From assembly GCA_963693365.1 (NCBI GenBank), contig CAVNZM010000001.1, positions 16,673,840 to 16,737,839 on the forward strand: a stretch of 64,000 bases of DNA. Reading direction: 5' to 3'. The notes beneath the pieces are model-generated. The model searched no databases. It was not told where the DNA came from and saw nothing but the letters and a program-made list of their open reading frames with translations. Origin of the DNA: Amoebidium appalachense (Eukaryota; Protista; Ichthyosporea). This document shows positions 1 through 13,080 of the stretch, in pieces. Positions within the stretch are counted from its first letter, which is position 1, and every line of letters begins with the position of its first letter. Made by a program: the position numbers and the translations under genes.

Positions 1-100
<100 letters not shown>

Positions 101-3100
101 TGCTTGCACACGTGCACGTGAGGACACGCAAGTGCATAGAACTGTGTGTGTTTGTGTTTGTGTGTGTGGCTATGTGTGTATATATGTGCAGTTGTATGTA
201 CATTCACGGATGATGGTGTGTGAACATGTGCGTGTATGTCTGTGCAAGCGTGTGGATATTTGTATGGTCCGGGGAAGAAGTCTGCGTGTCAGTATGCATG
301 CCACCTGCACATAAGAAGTTACAGTGCTGTCAAAAGTGGGGAGAGAAAGAACGGGGTAGGGTGATATTCGGGATTTGGTCAGTTCTGGGGCCAGCCTTCT
401 GGGTTCTTAAACAGGCAAGCATTTAGGTTTTTTTTTTTTTTTTTTAAGGGGTTTCAAAAGGGGGGGGGGGGGGGATTAGGACGAAAGAGGGTGGCAGAAG
501 GCGCGAGGAGTGAGGGGAAGAGGAAGTAAGGGTAAGGGAGGGAGGGGAGAGAGCAGGCAGGATGAGGTTACAGAGAGCAAACACACGGGTGAGTAGGAAG
601 GAAAACAAAATGACGCCTGTGTTTAGGCCAGAGGAAATAAAACAGGGCAACAGGCATGGGACAGTGAGCCAGAGTATTCAAATGATCCCGCCAGGAGAGA
701 GAGACGGAGGCAGTGGGGGGGAGGATTCAGGGGGGAGGGGCGGAAGAGGGCGGGAGGGGGGCGGGGAGGGGGCGGGAAGGGGGAGGTGGGAGGGGGAAGG
801 GGGAAGGAGGAGGGGGGGGGGGGGGGGGGGGGGGGGGTAAATGGATGTGGGTGTGTGGGGGGGGGGGGGGGGGGAGGGGGGGTTAGAGTGCACAGGACAA
901 GGCTGGTTTCTTATCCTGTTGACCAAGCGGGCAACACACCCCGTATATCTGAGTCTTGTAGAACAAAAATATGGAAGAGAAGGGTCTGTCCAAGCCGGGG
1001 GTGCAATGAGAGATTGTAAGATGCGCACATGTCTACGTGATCATTGAATAGATAGGTAAACTTGGAAAAATGTTCGATTTTGTCTGCCATGGTTCCTGCC
1101 AGCACCGACAAAGTTTCGAGTTCTGTCGCTAGCAGTGTGTGTGTCTACAAGAGCTACAGTACATACGGCGTTCGAGCACCTCTCTTGCTGACATAGCATG
1201 ACATGTAGAAAGAAAATAGTGCTATGTACGGCATATGCATAGTCGAATGATATTCGGATGCAAGTGTCATATTTTTTCCAGGGCTGCAGCACACCATGCA
1301 GTATCCGGTATAGCGGATGGGTCGCTGATCTTGGCCAAGGAGGAGGCCGACTATGAGGGCAACAAGACACCCATCGAGTGGCTACCCTGCGTGCAGAGCT
1401 CCGCATACACCCACACAGTCACGAGACACACATAAATGCTGGCACAGTCACACACACACACCAATACACACATTTACGCCTGCACGGTATGTGCCCGTCT
1501 GAAGTATCATGTATTGCACCCCCTCGCCCGTAACGGAGAACCCCTCCACGAGAATACATAACACACATACCGTGCACCATATGACTTCAGATACAGAAGG
1601 GTGTTTCCTCCCCCCCCCCCCCCTCCCCTTCTCACTCTCACACTCACCTCCCCCTCCCCCCACCCACCCACCCACCCCACCCACCCACCCTTTTCCCTTC
1701 CCCATTCCGTTCACCCTCCCCACCCCTTCGGATCACCACCACCACGGACATTGTCTCGAGTTCAGAAGATCGTATATGCATTGGTGGGATTGGAGCATAT
1801 TATGACAAGATAGGTGAGTGACCAAACAATGGCTACCTCCCCCACTCCCCCCCCCCCCCCCCTCTCCCTTAGTCTTCATATATATGCATACCGAAAAGCT
1901 TCTTCCAGATAAAGAAGAAAAACGACAGGTGGTGAGGGGTGGCAAAGTGAGAAAGAAAAGAGGGGCAAAAAGTGTGCTACATGCACCGCATTGGTTTTGA
2001 GGTACATTAAGCCTTATTCTTCTCCTTCCCCTTTCCCTGCTCAGTGGCTTCGTCCTGAACTTACATATGATTAGACACGAGCATCAACAATATACGTAGT
2101 AGTATTCAATAACTTCTATATTTTTGTCTCCACAGTCGATTACTGTCCACGTGCTGCAGAACATAGGTAACCTCTGAGTCAACCTATAGCTAACAGGTTA
2201 TATATATATGTGTTGGTACACATGCGCGGCTTCGGCCATCTGCCATGCCGCCTCAGGCTTCCCTCCCCTTTGCCTCAGGCTGGTCCATATGCATGTACGT
2301 GTGTGTGTCTGTTCGGATAAGTATATACTGAGAGAGAGAAAGAAGGAGGGGGGGGGGGGGGGGGGGGGGGGAGGGGGGGGGGGGAGAAGGTAAGAGGGTA
2401 GGAGAGTCACAAGACTGGGTAAGAGGCGTAAGAGATAGAGGGACGAGGGGAAGGGGGGAGGGAGGGGGGGTGGGGGGGGGAGGAGGGAGCAAGGGGGAAG
2501 TGGGGGAGTGCAACTACTTAAGCTTGACAATCCCATGGTAAAAGGTGCAGGCGTGTTGCGCGCGTGGGGGCCCCGGGGAGAGGGGGGGGGGGGGGGAGGG
2601 GGGGGAGGGGGGGGGAAGGGGACGTTAAATTAAGACGATAGGGCTTCGAAGAGAGAGTACTTGAATGACAGAGAAGCCTGGTAGAGGGGGGGGGAGCCCT
2701 GGGCGATGAAGGGAGGGGGGGGGGGGGGGGGGGTACAGAGAGAACAGAATGTGGGGGGAGGGGGGAGGGGGACGAGATGTTTGATATATATATATAGGGA
2801 AAGAGTGACACATAGAGAAAGTCTGAGAGCAAGTGTGGGTGCAGGAGGGTGAGGGATATATAGGGAGAGAGAAACAGAGAAGACGAGGAGTCTCAGCTGC
2901 AGGGAGAGGGAGAGGGAGCGAGGAGCGAAAAAAGGGGGGGGGGGGGGGGGGGGGGAGGGGGAGGCCTAGGGGGGGGAGGGGGGGGGAGATCTAAGAGAGA
3001 GAGGGGGGAGGGGAATACAGAGAGAGAGGGTGAGAGGGAGAGAGAGAGAGGGGGGGGGGGGGAGGAGAAAGAGGGAGAAATAAAGAGAGGGATACGTGTG

Positions 3101-3273
3101 GTTTGTGTGTTTGTGTGTGTGTATTGTGTGCCGTCGTGCGTATTCCGACTTCTCCACACGTAGAGTGAGGTTGCCAGCCCATCAGGTCTGTGAGATTGCC
3201 TGCCCACGTGACCCGCGTTTTTCCGAATTCAGGAAAGGATTTAGACTTGCTTCTCTAGACCTAGACGTAACAT

Positions 3274-3409
3274 TGAATACAAGACTGGAGTGTCTGCAAA
3301 TAACAGCCCGGCCCGCCAGGTGAACCCTTTGACCCTGACCTGAATACAGGACTGGAGTGTCTGCAAATAACAGCCCGGCCCGCCAGGTGAACCCTTTGAC
3401 CCTGACCTG
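3274..3409. repeat. 67-bp tandem duplication (2 copies)
   Basis: tgaatac...actggagtgtctgcaaataacagcccggcccgccaggtgaaccctttgaccctgacc starts at 3274 and again at 3341; near-identical. Confidence 0.93.
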
Positions 3410-3987
3410 CACTTGTGTTCAAGATGCAAACACGGTGACTGCCGCCCTTGTCACCGTGGTGATGATGGTGAGAGGCTGACTCCTTTTGAAACGCGCCTTT
3501 GTGTGCGAAACTCGTATGTAAGGTACGGTGACCTGAAAGAACCAATGCCTGCACAGGCTCAAGAAGGGTAGAACTGCAACAATGGTGTGCCTGGCCGGGC
3601 TGTTTCACTTTGTACCTCGGCGAATCCGATCCATGACCATGGTGCACCGTGGCAGGAGCTCGAGTATGGGCATTGAGAATAGTAAATGCGTGTTGGGTAT
3701 GTGAAAATAAAAACCAACAATCAGATGTGGCCATAACACTGAGAGTGGCACGATTTATGGAGTTATCCTATACGTATCTATGCCCTTCAACAGCAATAGT
3801 GTACTGTACTGACAGGTGTGTCAGTCTCGTAGTAACAAGTGTAACTTTGTAGATCTGACTCACTGTCTTAGCTACAAGGGGGACTCCCGACAGCCAATCA
3901 GGAGCACAGCGGGCCTGTCGTTCAGCCAATCATCAAATGCCAAGTCAACTTTCCAAAATTCCTATTCGTCATTGAGAGCTAAATTTC

Positions 3988-5424
3988 GGTGCTACCCTCA
4001 ATTCCCAAGCTCCTAGGGTGTGACGTAATATTTGGCACGAAATTTATTTGGCACGAGCCTGCAAAACGGTGAAAATGGGGCAGGATGTCGCCCAGGCACC
4101 GACAGGAGCTTGGGGATAGGTTCGTGCCACATTTTACGTCACCAGGTTCGTGCCAAATTATTTGGTGCCAAATTTATTTGGGGCATAAATGGGTCGGTTC
4201 GAACTATTATGGGTCGAATCAGCTCGAATCGTTCCTGACCCGTTTTCTGACCCGTTTTTGTGGCTCATCGTTGGTGGCGTCTGATTCGAGGAATAAACTC
4301 GAAAGGCGGGCTAAGCAAGACCACGTCAACCACGTGCAGGTGGTGGCGTACTTGAACGGGCAGTCACAGCCTGGACTGGCAGTTGACAGGTGTGACACAG
4401 CGCTAGCATCCTTATCATATTGCAGTAGGCTCATATAAAAATAATAAAAACAGACAACACCCTTTAATGCTCGATCATAACTGACAGTACATATTTTGTG
4501 TGAGCATGGGTTACAAACATGCTCGCGTCCGCATTGGACGTGGGCAAGGCCATTGGGCTTTGCTGAGGATTCTCGTTCATGTTATCCTCGCCTTTTGTCT
4601 TTTGGCTGCAGCGGGTTCAACAAACAACCCAGATGGGGTGAACAAAAAAGTCATTAAGGAAAACAAATCTTGGTCTAAAGATCATGCCAAGCTGGAACAG
4701 CCATTCGTTGCACGGTACATTGATTATTGCATAGCGGATCATGAGGACTCTGTCGAAGCTGGCACGTGCCCTCCCCAGCCCTTCCTCAGGGATTGGGTGT
4801 GGCATCAAACCCGTCATGGCGGCCGGATAGATGCATCTACAGCGGAGGGAGTCCATCAGGTGATCTCCCCCCCTTCCCCCCCCCCCCCCCTCCCCCCCCC
4901 CCCTCTCTCCCCACCACCCCCTGCCTCTTTTCCACTTTTTCTCTCCCCTCCCCTGTCTCTCTGTTCTGGGCCTTACAGGTGGTTCCTCCGTTTTAGAAGT
5001 TGTTTTTTATGTAATACGTTAGGTGTGTCCTTTTGCATCTTGTGGATACCAATGCCTTCACCGCTCAGGCCTTCCCTTGCACTTAATCTTATGGACCTTT
5101 GTGCCTCTCCCATGATCTGTTTGGCATGGCATGCTGCCTTTTCTGCTTTGGCTTGCCTCTTATATGTTGCTATCACCCGATAGGGTATGTGTGGCAACGT
5201 GTTCCATATGTTTTGTGTGACCATTCTGTGCAGTGTACCCACTTAAAGCCCACTCCTCCGCTTTTCCCCCTTCCCTCCCTTCCCCTTTAAGCATACAATT
5301 AGTCAAGAGGCAGTACAGGATAGTGGGTAGAGAGTTTCTGTGTGTCACGGTGTATGCCTGTGGGTGTGTGCTTGTCTGTGTGTGTATGTGCATGTGTGTG
5401 TGTAGTGAGTGTGTGTGTGTGTTG

Positions 5425-5473
<49 letters not shown>

Positions 5474-8400
5474 TTGTGTGTGTAGTGTGGGTGGGTGGGT
5501 GGGTGGGTACAGAGAAGGGGAGAGGGGGGGGGGGGGGGGGGGGGCGTGTATGTGTGTGCCTGTGTGTGTATGTTAAAGACAGGGGAGGGGGGAAGGGGGA
5601 GAGGTCAGGGTAGGGAGAAAGGGAGGGAAGGATGGGTGGGTGGGAGGGTTGGAGGGAAGGAGGGAGGGGGAGAAAGGGTAGAGGGAGGGATGGCGGAAAA
5701 GACAGAAAGAGAGGGGCAAAGAGAGGAGGGCAGTCGGTAAAGAGGAAGGGCGGGAGGGTGGGACGGAGAGGGAGAAGGGGGAAGTGGAGAATTAGGCAGG
5801 GGGGGGGGGGCCGAGAGCAAGAGGGGGGGTGGGGAGGGTGTGGGCGGTGTGTGTGTGTGTATGTGTGTGTGTATGTATGTTGTGTGTGTGTGGGGGGGGG
5901 GGGGGGGGGGGGTTGGATGGGGGATCTCGGTTGGGAGTGGGTTCTTTATAGACCTGGCAACCATTGACCAGCTATTCTCTCACCCTGTCTTTGTGTTCAC
6001 TCTGCAGCTTATGGCAATAATGGCAACCGTTCCTTGCCTGAGTGTGGTATGGAGGTTGGGTCTTTCGACAGTGATGGCTCTGACGATGACGATGAGGGGT
6101 CAAGTGACGAGAGCCCCGGTTCATTCAACGTGTCAACATGTGTGCGCCTAGCAGGCCGCAAGCTTAACGCCCGGCGTGCGATGCGCAAGCTGATTGGGTC
6201 TGTGCACAGCTCCGAAGGGTTTGCTTTAGCAGCACAGGACCCGGATCATCTGCTCTTCACTCTAGTGTTCTTTGACGAGGCCGTGGCAGCAGACATACAG
6301 CTTGCCAGGTGCTTCCTGCCGAACCCCCCCCCCCCCCCCCCCCCCCTTCCCCTCCAACGCCCCCCCGCTCCTCCCTCTCGCCTCTCCCCCCCCTTTCCCT
6401 GCAGGGCCTCCTCCCCTTTCCCCCATCCCCCTTTCCCCTCCCCCCTCCCCCCCCCCCCCCCCGCCCCCTTTTCTGCATCCCCCTCCCCCTCTCCTCCTTC
6501 CCACAATTCTTCCTCCCAACTGCTCCACCTCCTTACTTCCTTGCACGTATCAATCCATCTCTCCTTCCAACCCAAGTGACACCAGTTTTTTGTCAGACAA
6601 CCTGCCTCCCCAGGCCCACTTATTATGCCTGTCCTGTTCCCCTCCCCCCCCCCCCTCTCCCCCTCAGGAGGGCCTCTGCCCATTCGTCCCTCCTTTTCAA
6701 GTCCTCCATTACCTCTTACCTCCCCTAATTCTCATTATTCTCTAATAGTATACCTATATCTTCCATCCTACCTTTTTGGAAGCTCCCTGCTTCTCTTCCA
6801 CCTATTTGAAAGCATCTGCATCTACCCCCCCCCCCCCCCCCCCCCCCCCCCCCGTTCATAGCCCCTCCTTCATCAGTACTCCCTTACACCTGCCCGGCCC
6901 CCTTCAGAGTGCCTAACCCCCTCCCCCCCCACACACACACCCCTCCCCCTTTCACACACCTGCACACACGAACGCACCCATGCATGCACGCATGCACCCT
7001 CCCCTCGCAGCCACGAGCGCACACACTCTTATTCACTTATAGAATTGTTAATAATCTAATGCCCCCCCCCCCCCCCCCCCCCAACCCCCCCCCCCAACCC
7101 CAACCCACCCACACACGCACACACACACACACGCCAAGGTTTCCCTTGTTCTGCTCCTCGGCCTTTCCGCCTTCCCCATAATCTGTCTTTCTCTCTCTTT
7201 CCCCCCCCCCCCCCCCCCCCCCCCCCCACCCCAATCCCACCCCACTGTCACCCACCCCACCACCACTGCCCTACGTCACCCTCCCACTTCTTGTCTTTGC
7301 TTATTCTTCCTTGTGATGTGCAACACAGGGACATATCCGGGCCACCTGAGGTCCAGCAACAACGCCTTCTTCAAATTCTGGGTGCCTGGAGAATGGAGCT
7401 TATGGAAACACCCGCTGACGGCAACTGTTTGTTTCATTCGGTGTGGCATTATATCAATCAGTATCTACAAAGCGGTCATGTAGCTACCCGTGAACACCTC
7501 AACACATTGGGGTTTACAGCTAATATGGAGCCTATAGAGGCGATTGGACGGCTACGCGAACTAATGGTAAACGAATGGCGGCGAAATCTAGCAGAATACC
7601 AAGGATTCCTTTCAAGGGTGACCCTCGCATACGTAGCTGATGATTTCCGCTGTCCTCGGCGCGCCCATTTTGCTTCTGCAGCCGGTGACGCGATGGTGCT
7701 GGGCTTAGCCAACGCACTCCGCATACCAATAACCATTTTTAGCACGATTGCCAATCACGGTGTAGTTGCGGTCACTCCACCCACCGTCATCGAACCCAAC
7801 ATTGCCATACCCGTATCACTTAACGGTGCAGCAGATCATTACTCAGTGGTAATACCTCGCTTGTCGCATGCGAACAAAATCTCGGACAACAACCAAACAC
7901 AGACATCACACTCAGTTGACACGGAAAACTCGACGGAGTTGGCGTCTAACGCTAACACAACTGACACGTTCGGTGGGTTGCCCGCCAAGGGCTGCAGCTG
8001 TAATAGAAACAGTAAGGATAGAACACGTTTTTTTTGTGGTTTTAAGAACGGCGGGGGAAAAGTGCAGGCATACGATGGGCATGAGCGTTGCATATGCGCA
8101 AAGAACAAGCGGGCATGCACCCAGGCATGCAGGTGTGAGAATTGTGGCAACAGGTGAGCCGTATGATATGCATTTGCTACTTTTCTTCTTTTGCATCCTC
8201 TATTTGCCCACACTTGGTACTTTATAATCGAAACCTTAACTTGGCCAAATCCAGGTATTTCTGCTTGTCCCTCTCTTTATTCCCCCCCCCCCCCCCCCCC
8301 CCCCCCTCTCTCCCCCCTCTCTCCCCCCCCCCCCCCCCCCCCCCGGGAGGGGAAAGAAAAGCCCCCTCTCCCAATCCCCTCCCCCTCCTGTATCCGTCGT

Positions 8401-8529
8401 TTCATGATGTCTAACCCCCTCCTCCTCCCCCCCCCACCTTCCCCACTGCTCACCACCTGCACACCCGCACACCATACACAAACTTAAACACACACACGCA
8501 TGCACGTGTGCACGCACACACACAGCCCC

Positions 8530-8566
<37 letters not shown>

Positions 8567-10283
8567 ACACACACACACACACACACACAATGCATCCGCG
8601 CATCATGGTCCATGCATACACGTGTGTGGATAGATGCACAGGTGCACGAATCCACGCACGCACGCACCCACAGAGCACGTGTGCGCACGCACACACAAAC
8701 ACACATGTGTACACGTGCGCGCGCATTCACACGCACACACAAACGCACATACACATGCAGTCATGGACAGCGGCCAGAGCCAAACCGTCCAGGTCGCCCG
8801 TCTACCATGCAGCTGCATTTATCCGGCGAAGGGGGGAACCTTTCCCTGAGAAGTGGTGATGGGTCCAACACCACCCATACGGCCAACACAACAGCCACCA
8901 GGGGCAAGGCCACTGCCACGGTTCCAACGCAAAGGCGGCGCGCACGATTCACGCAAACACGAACCACAGATCAGAATGGTTTGGAGTATTATGTGTCTGT
9001 GGGCGAGGAGGTACGTTCGGGTAGATGGTCGGATGCGGAGACCGCGTTGATTGAAAGTATTGTTATTTCGCTTGCGGAACAAAAGTTGCCGGCAACAGAG
9101 GAGGACATATTTGCACATTACCATGCAGCATTGGAGGGCAACGAGGAGGGTGTGGGGCTGGATGCCATCCTTTCCAAAACATTGAAACAAATCAAGTCAA
9201 AAATAGAACACATTGAGAAGGAAAGACGTTTGCGTAGTCAGGTGGCCGCCGAGGTGAGGGAGGAAATCGCGAGGGCTAAGGAAGCCGCTGCTAGGACAGT
9301 TACGGAGAAAGCAAGCGAGAGAGCACGAAACACGAAACGTGGGCTGAAGTCACAGAGTAATTCACAGACTGCCCCGTCAAAGAAGGCCAAGCCCAGCGGC
9401 CTTTCACGTGCAAGCACCAACACAGGTGTTGCCCCTCAGGAGCATGATCCCACCAGTTCGTCAACCGATTCGGCGGATGAATTCCAAAGCACCCAACAGT
9501 CTGGGGTGATTCCCCCTAGCCAGCACCCGCACCATCCGCAAGCGTTCCACCCCAGTTATTATCACACATACCCGAGCACGATAGCCAGTGCACAATGTAG
9601 CGTCTGTCAACTGACTTTAGCAATCCCTCCCCATCTGTGTCATACTTACATGCAATGCTGTAGGTGCAAGGCCATGTTGTATGCTCTGGTCACCGCTTTT
9701 GGCATCCGCCTGCTCAGTTTTAGTGTCACGGATAATAGGTGGAAGTGAGCCAATCCCTCCACGTAGTTTTTTATTTTTCTAATTGTTATTGTGGCTGCCA
9801 GCTGCTTTGGGGTCAGGTGGCAAACGTAGGGCATGTCTAGTAGGTTCGATTAGTATGGGATTTGGCATCATGATGCCAAGACTTAGTCAATACAGTAACT
9901 TAAGAATCAGTTTGTTAGGTGTTAGTTGTAACATTTAACTTCCAGTAATGTTCAGCATGTCAGAGTGGTAGTTTATGATTGTAATGTTACTTACAGTTTA
10001 ACTGTAATGTCACGGTGTATGTAGAGTATGCTGTCACATTCAATGCACACACACGGCACACACACATGAACATGCACACACGCAACCACATACACGTCAA
10101 GCACACACTACGTATACATCCATGCATGCGACATTCGCCTTTTTAATACCTATGACATCATTACGTAGTCAAAATACCATAATAATAATGTGTAGAAGTG
10201 ATTGCAGGTCACTTTCACATGCTGCAGCTGTTTTATTAATAATGACACCGTAAATTAATGGCAAGCACACTGCAGACTCGGAT

Positions 10284-10324
<41 letters not shown>

Positions 10325-10387
10325 AAAAAAAAAATCCCCCCCCCCCCCCCCCCCCCCCCTTCCCACCTCGAAATTTTTGGGCGCGGG

Positions 10388-10433
<46 letters not shown>

Positions 10434-10454
10434 CTTGGGAAACGAGGGTGCAAC
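3988..10454 (+). mobile_element. DNA transposon with short imperfect TIRs and a 9-bp TSD; superfamily uncertain (9-bp TSD and G...C ends are MULE-like)
   Basis: Left end GGTGCTACCCTCAATTCCCAAGC (3988-4010) versus reverse complement of right end GTTGCACCCTCGTTTCCCAAGC (10433-10454). Identical direct repeat CTAAATTTC lies immediately outside both ends (3979-3987 and 10455-10463). Palindromic subterminal array at 4004-4180. Confidence 0.78.
4506..9748 (+). CDS. Transposon-borne spliced gene: possible transposase C-terminal fragment + OTU cysteine protease + CXC (9-Cys) domain + Myb/SANT-like domain + C-terminal CxxC...CxxC zinc ribbon
   Basis: Exons 6008-6308, 7329-8153 and 8761-9748 join in frame through two phase-2 GT-AG introns. 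OTU motifs ADGNCLFHSV and DHYSVV; CIC-x6-C-x3-CRC-x2-C-x-N; GRWSDAETALI...KTLKQIKSKI; CSVC...CCRC. Candidate first exon 4506-4859 has a phase-0 donor that does not match the phase-1 acceptor at 6008 (missing exon or frameshift). Confidence 0.72.
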
Positions 10455-10566
10455 CTAAATTTCCGGGTTCTGCTCCCTGAGTTCGACGCTTTTCAGTGAA
10501 ATCTTGGCATGATCCACTCATGTGTATTGGTGTAATGATGTGTTGAAATCCTTTTATTGTTTCACA

Positions 10567-10605
<39 letters not shown>

Positions 10606-12062
10606 TATATATAAGAGTTTAATAATGCTGATGAAAATATTTGCATTGGTAAAGGTATACCAAAATAAATTATAGCATGCGGAACAAGCTTGATCAAGCC
10701 ATTCAACGGCGATAATTCAACGACACATAATTTTGGTTTGTTGTGGGGCAAAATTATCTGTTCTACAAATTTGCCACAGTCAAAACGCACAGTCAACAAC
10801 AGAAGTTGGTGCTCGTAGTGCTGCAGTTGGCATTTTGTTCGTTTTCTTGGACCCACAGTTTTTGGTGCTTTGTGAACAGCTGTTGTAGCAACAATGGCAC
10901 GAAGGGAGGAGCCTGTTTTTGCCTATTATCTCACAAGTCTGGTGATGGCCCTGCTGCTTGCAATGATTGCCCTGTCGTTTCCTGTTCAGGGCCAGCCTGC
11001 AATTGCGTGGCTCGGCGGCTCCTAAATGCTCATATTGAGCTGGGGAGATGTGCGGAATATTGTCGACATGCATTGAGCCGCATGAGTCCTTACACGTGTT
11101 GCAACCGTACCATAACTACGATTCGTAGCCGGAACACAAGTACATCGATTTGGGGTCAATTGTTGCTCAGCTGCTGCGAGCTACCACCCACCTTCTGGAC
11201 ACTCATTGGTAGCCCAGTGAAAATCCCCTACAACAACAGCCTCCACGGGTTTATCAACGATAGTGTGCAGCTTTGTCAACATAATGCACCAAGGTTCGTA
11301 CATCTGTCAAAGCCTACGGTTGACTCTCTGCGATAGTGTGGTTCTGTGTAATCTCTACAGACCACCTGCCGGAGCACTCTGAGCAAGGATTGAATAGCTC
11401 CAATTGACAAGATGGATTGCAGAAGTCAGAAAGAAACCCATGTTGATCTGCGTCGAGCGAAGTAGCCAATAGCCTGAATCATGGTGCGAACTAGCTGATA
11501 TATTTCATATGAGCTCGTGAGTATGAAATGCGGGCCTATAGACCACATCCTCAGAAATGGACATTGCAACCCAGTAGTGGCGCTATAGGTGAGCTTCGTT
11601 GTTGTATGCCATGGCTAAGAATCTTGTACAAGTCGAATACAGGACCTGGCAAATATGTATTTACATTATCTCGCCCTGCAGCTGCTGGCCAGCCAATGAG
11701 GTACTACTATGATGATACAAGTACATCGGAAAACGCCCCATTTATAATACAGTTTAGCAAGGACTGACTCACGCCTTGTTTGTTGTCTCAGTGTCGGTGG
11801 CTAGTCCGGCCCTTCGGCTACCAGAGATCAAAACTGGTCCGGCCCTTCGGAGATCAGAACTGGTCTGCTGTGTATATCTTGTGTGCTGCTTGTGTGCAAA
11901 GGGGATAGGATTGTACACGCGCTTTGCCCGTAACTCCTGAGTGTTCACAACCCCCACCTTTGCCCGTCCTTCCTCCCTCTCTCCCCGCCCCCCCTTGCCC
12001 CAGACACACTCTCAAGGCCCAGCTTTCTATTCTCATTCACACACTCTCTCCCCCAGCTCTCG

Positions 12063-12303
<241 letters not shown>

Positions 12304-13080
12304 CTCTCTCTCTCTCTCTCTCGCTCGCTCGCTCGCCGCTCGCTCGCTCGCTCTCTCGCTCTCGCTCTCGCTCCCCCCCCAACCCCATCCCCACCCCACC
12401 CCACCCCACCCCACATATCACTCTTTATCAATTCCCTCCTTGAGCCCAACCGCAAACCCCTTGTCCTTTCCCTCCGTTCCTCCCTGGCAGTATTTCGTCA
12501 GCCTGCATGGGCCTATCACTCACCCACATTACAGTAGTAGGTGCTAATTTGAATTGCAGAACTGACCTTTGTTAGCCTCACGGTGTTGCTAGGTGCAAGT
12601 ACAGGGGGCTGTTGGCCGGCGCGCACACAATTGTAGCTATTAGGCTGCTAACATGGCTGTGAACGTGTGGCGTGCACCAAAATAAACTTCTATGGAGTCA
12701 TCGGAAATAAATGTGCTCGCTGCGGTCGGAAATAAATGTGCAACTGCAAATCTTGCCCCTAAGTTTGACAACCAAGGGACCGTCGCACTTATACCTGGGG
12801 TGCATGGTCAGTCCGGGTTTCCTAATATCTCAAAGCTCAACATGGAGATCTCAGCATGTAGGTATCTCGATGGGTTTTCTAGGAGGATAATTTGCGCCAA
12901 AGAGACGGGGGTAGTTAGATATAACCTTATCGAGCGAATCACGAAAGGCTTGCGATGCAATTTCTGCAAATTCAAAGTCTGGTCTGCCAGAGTGCTCTTC
13001 TCTTCGCAGCGGACTCAGTTGCAACGTTGAGTTCCCTGTGCACACATAGACTTGCATCATACCTAGTTAGAGCAGACAAC

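Noticed and set aside
1280-1405. Exon-like segment LILAKEEADYEGNKTPIEWLPCVQSS on the + strand, plus a short minus-strand segment near 2200-2280
   Set aside because: No recognisable domain, and no consistent splice partners could be established.
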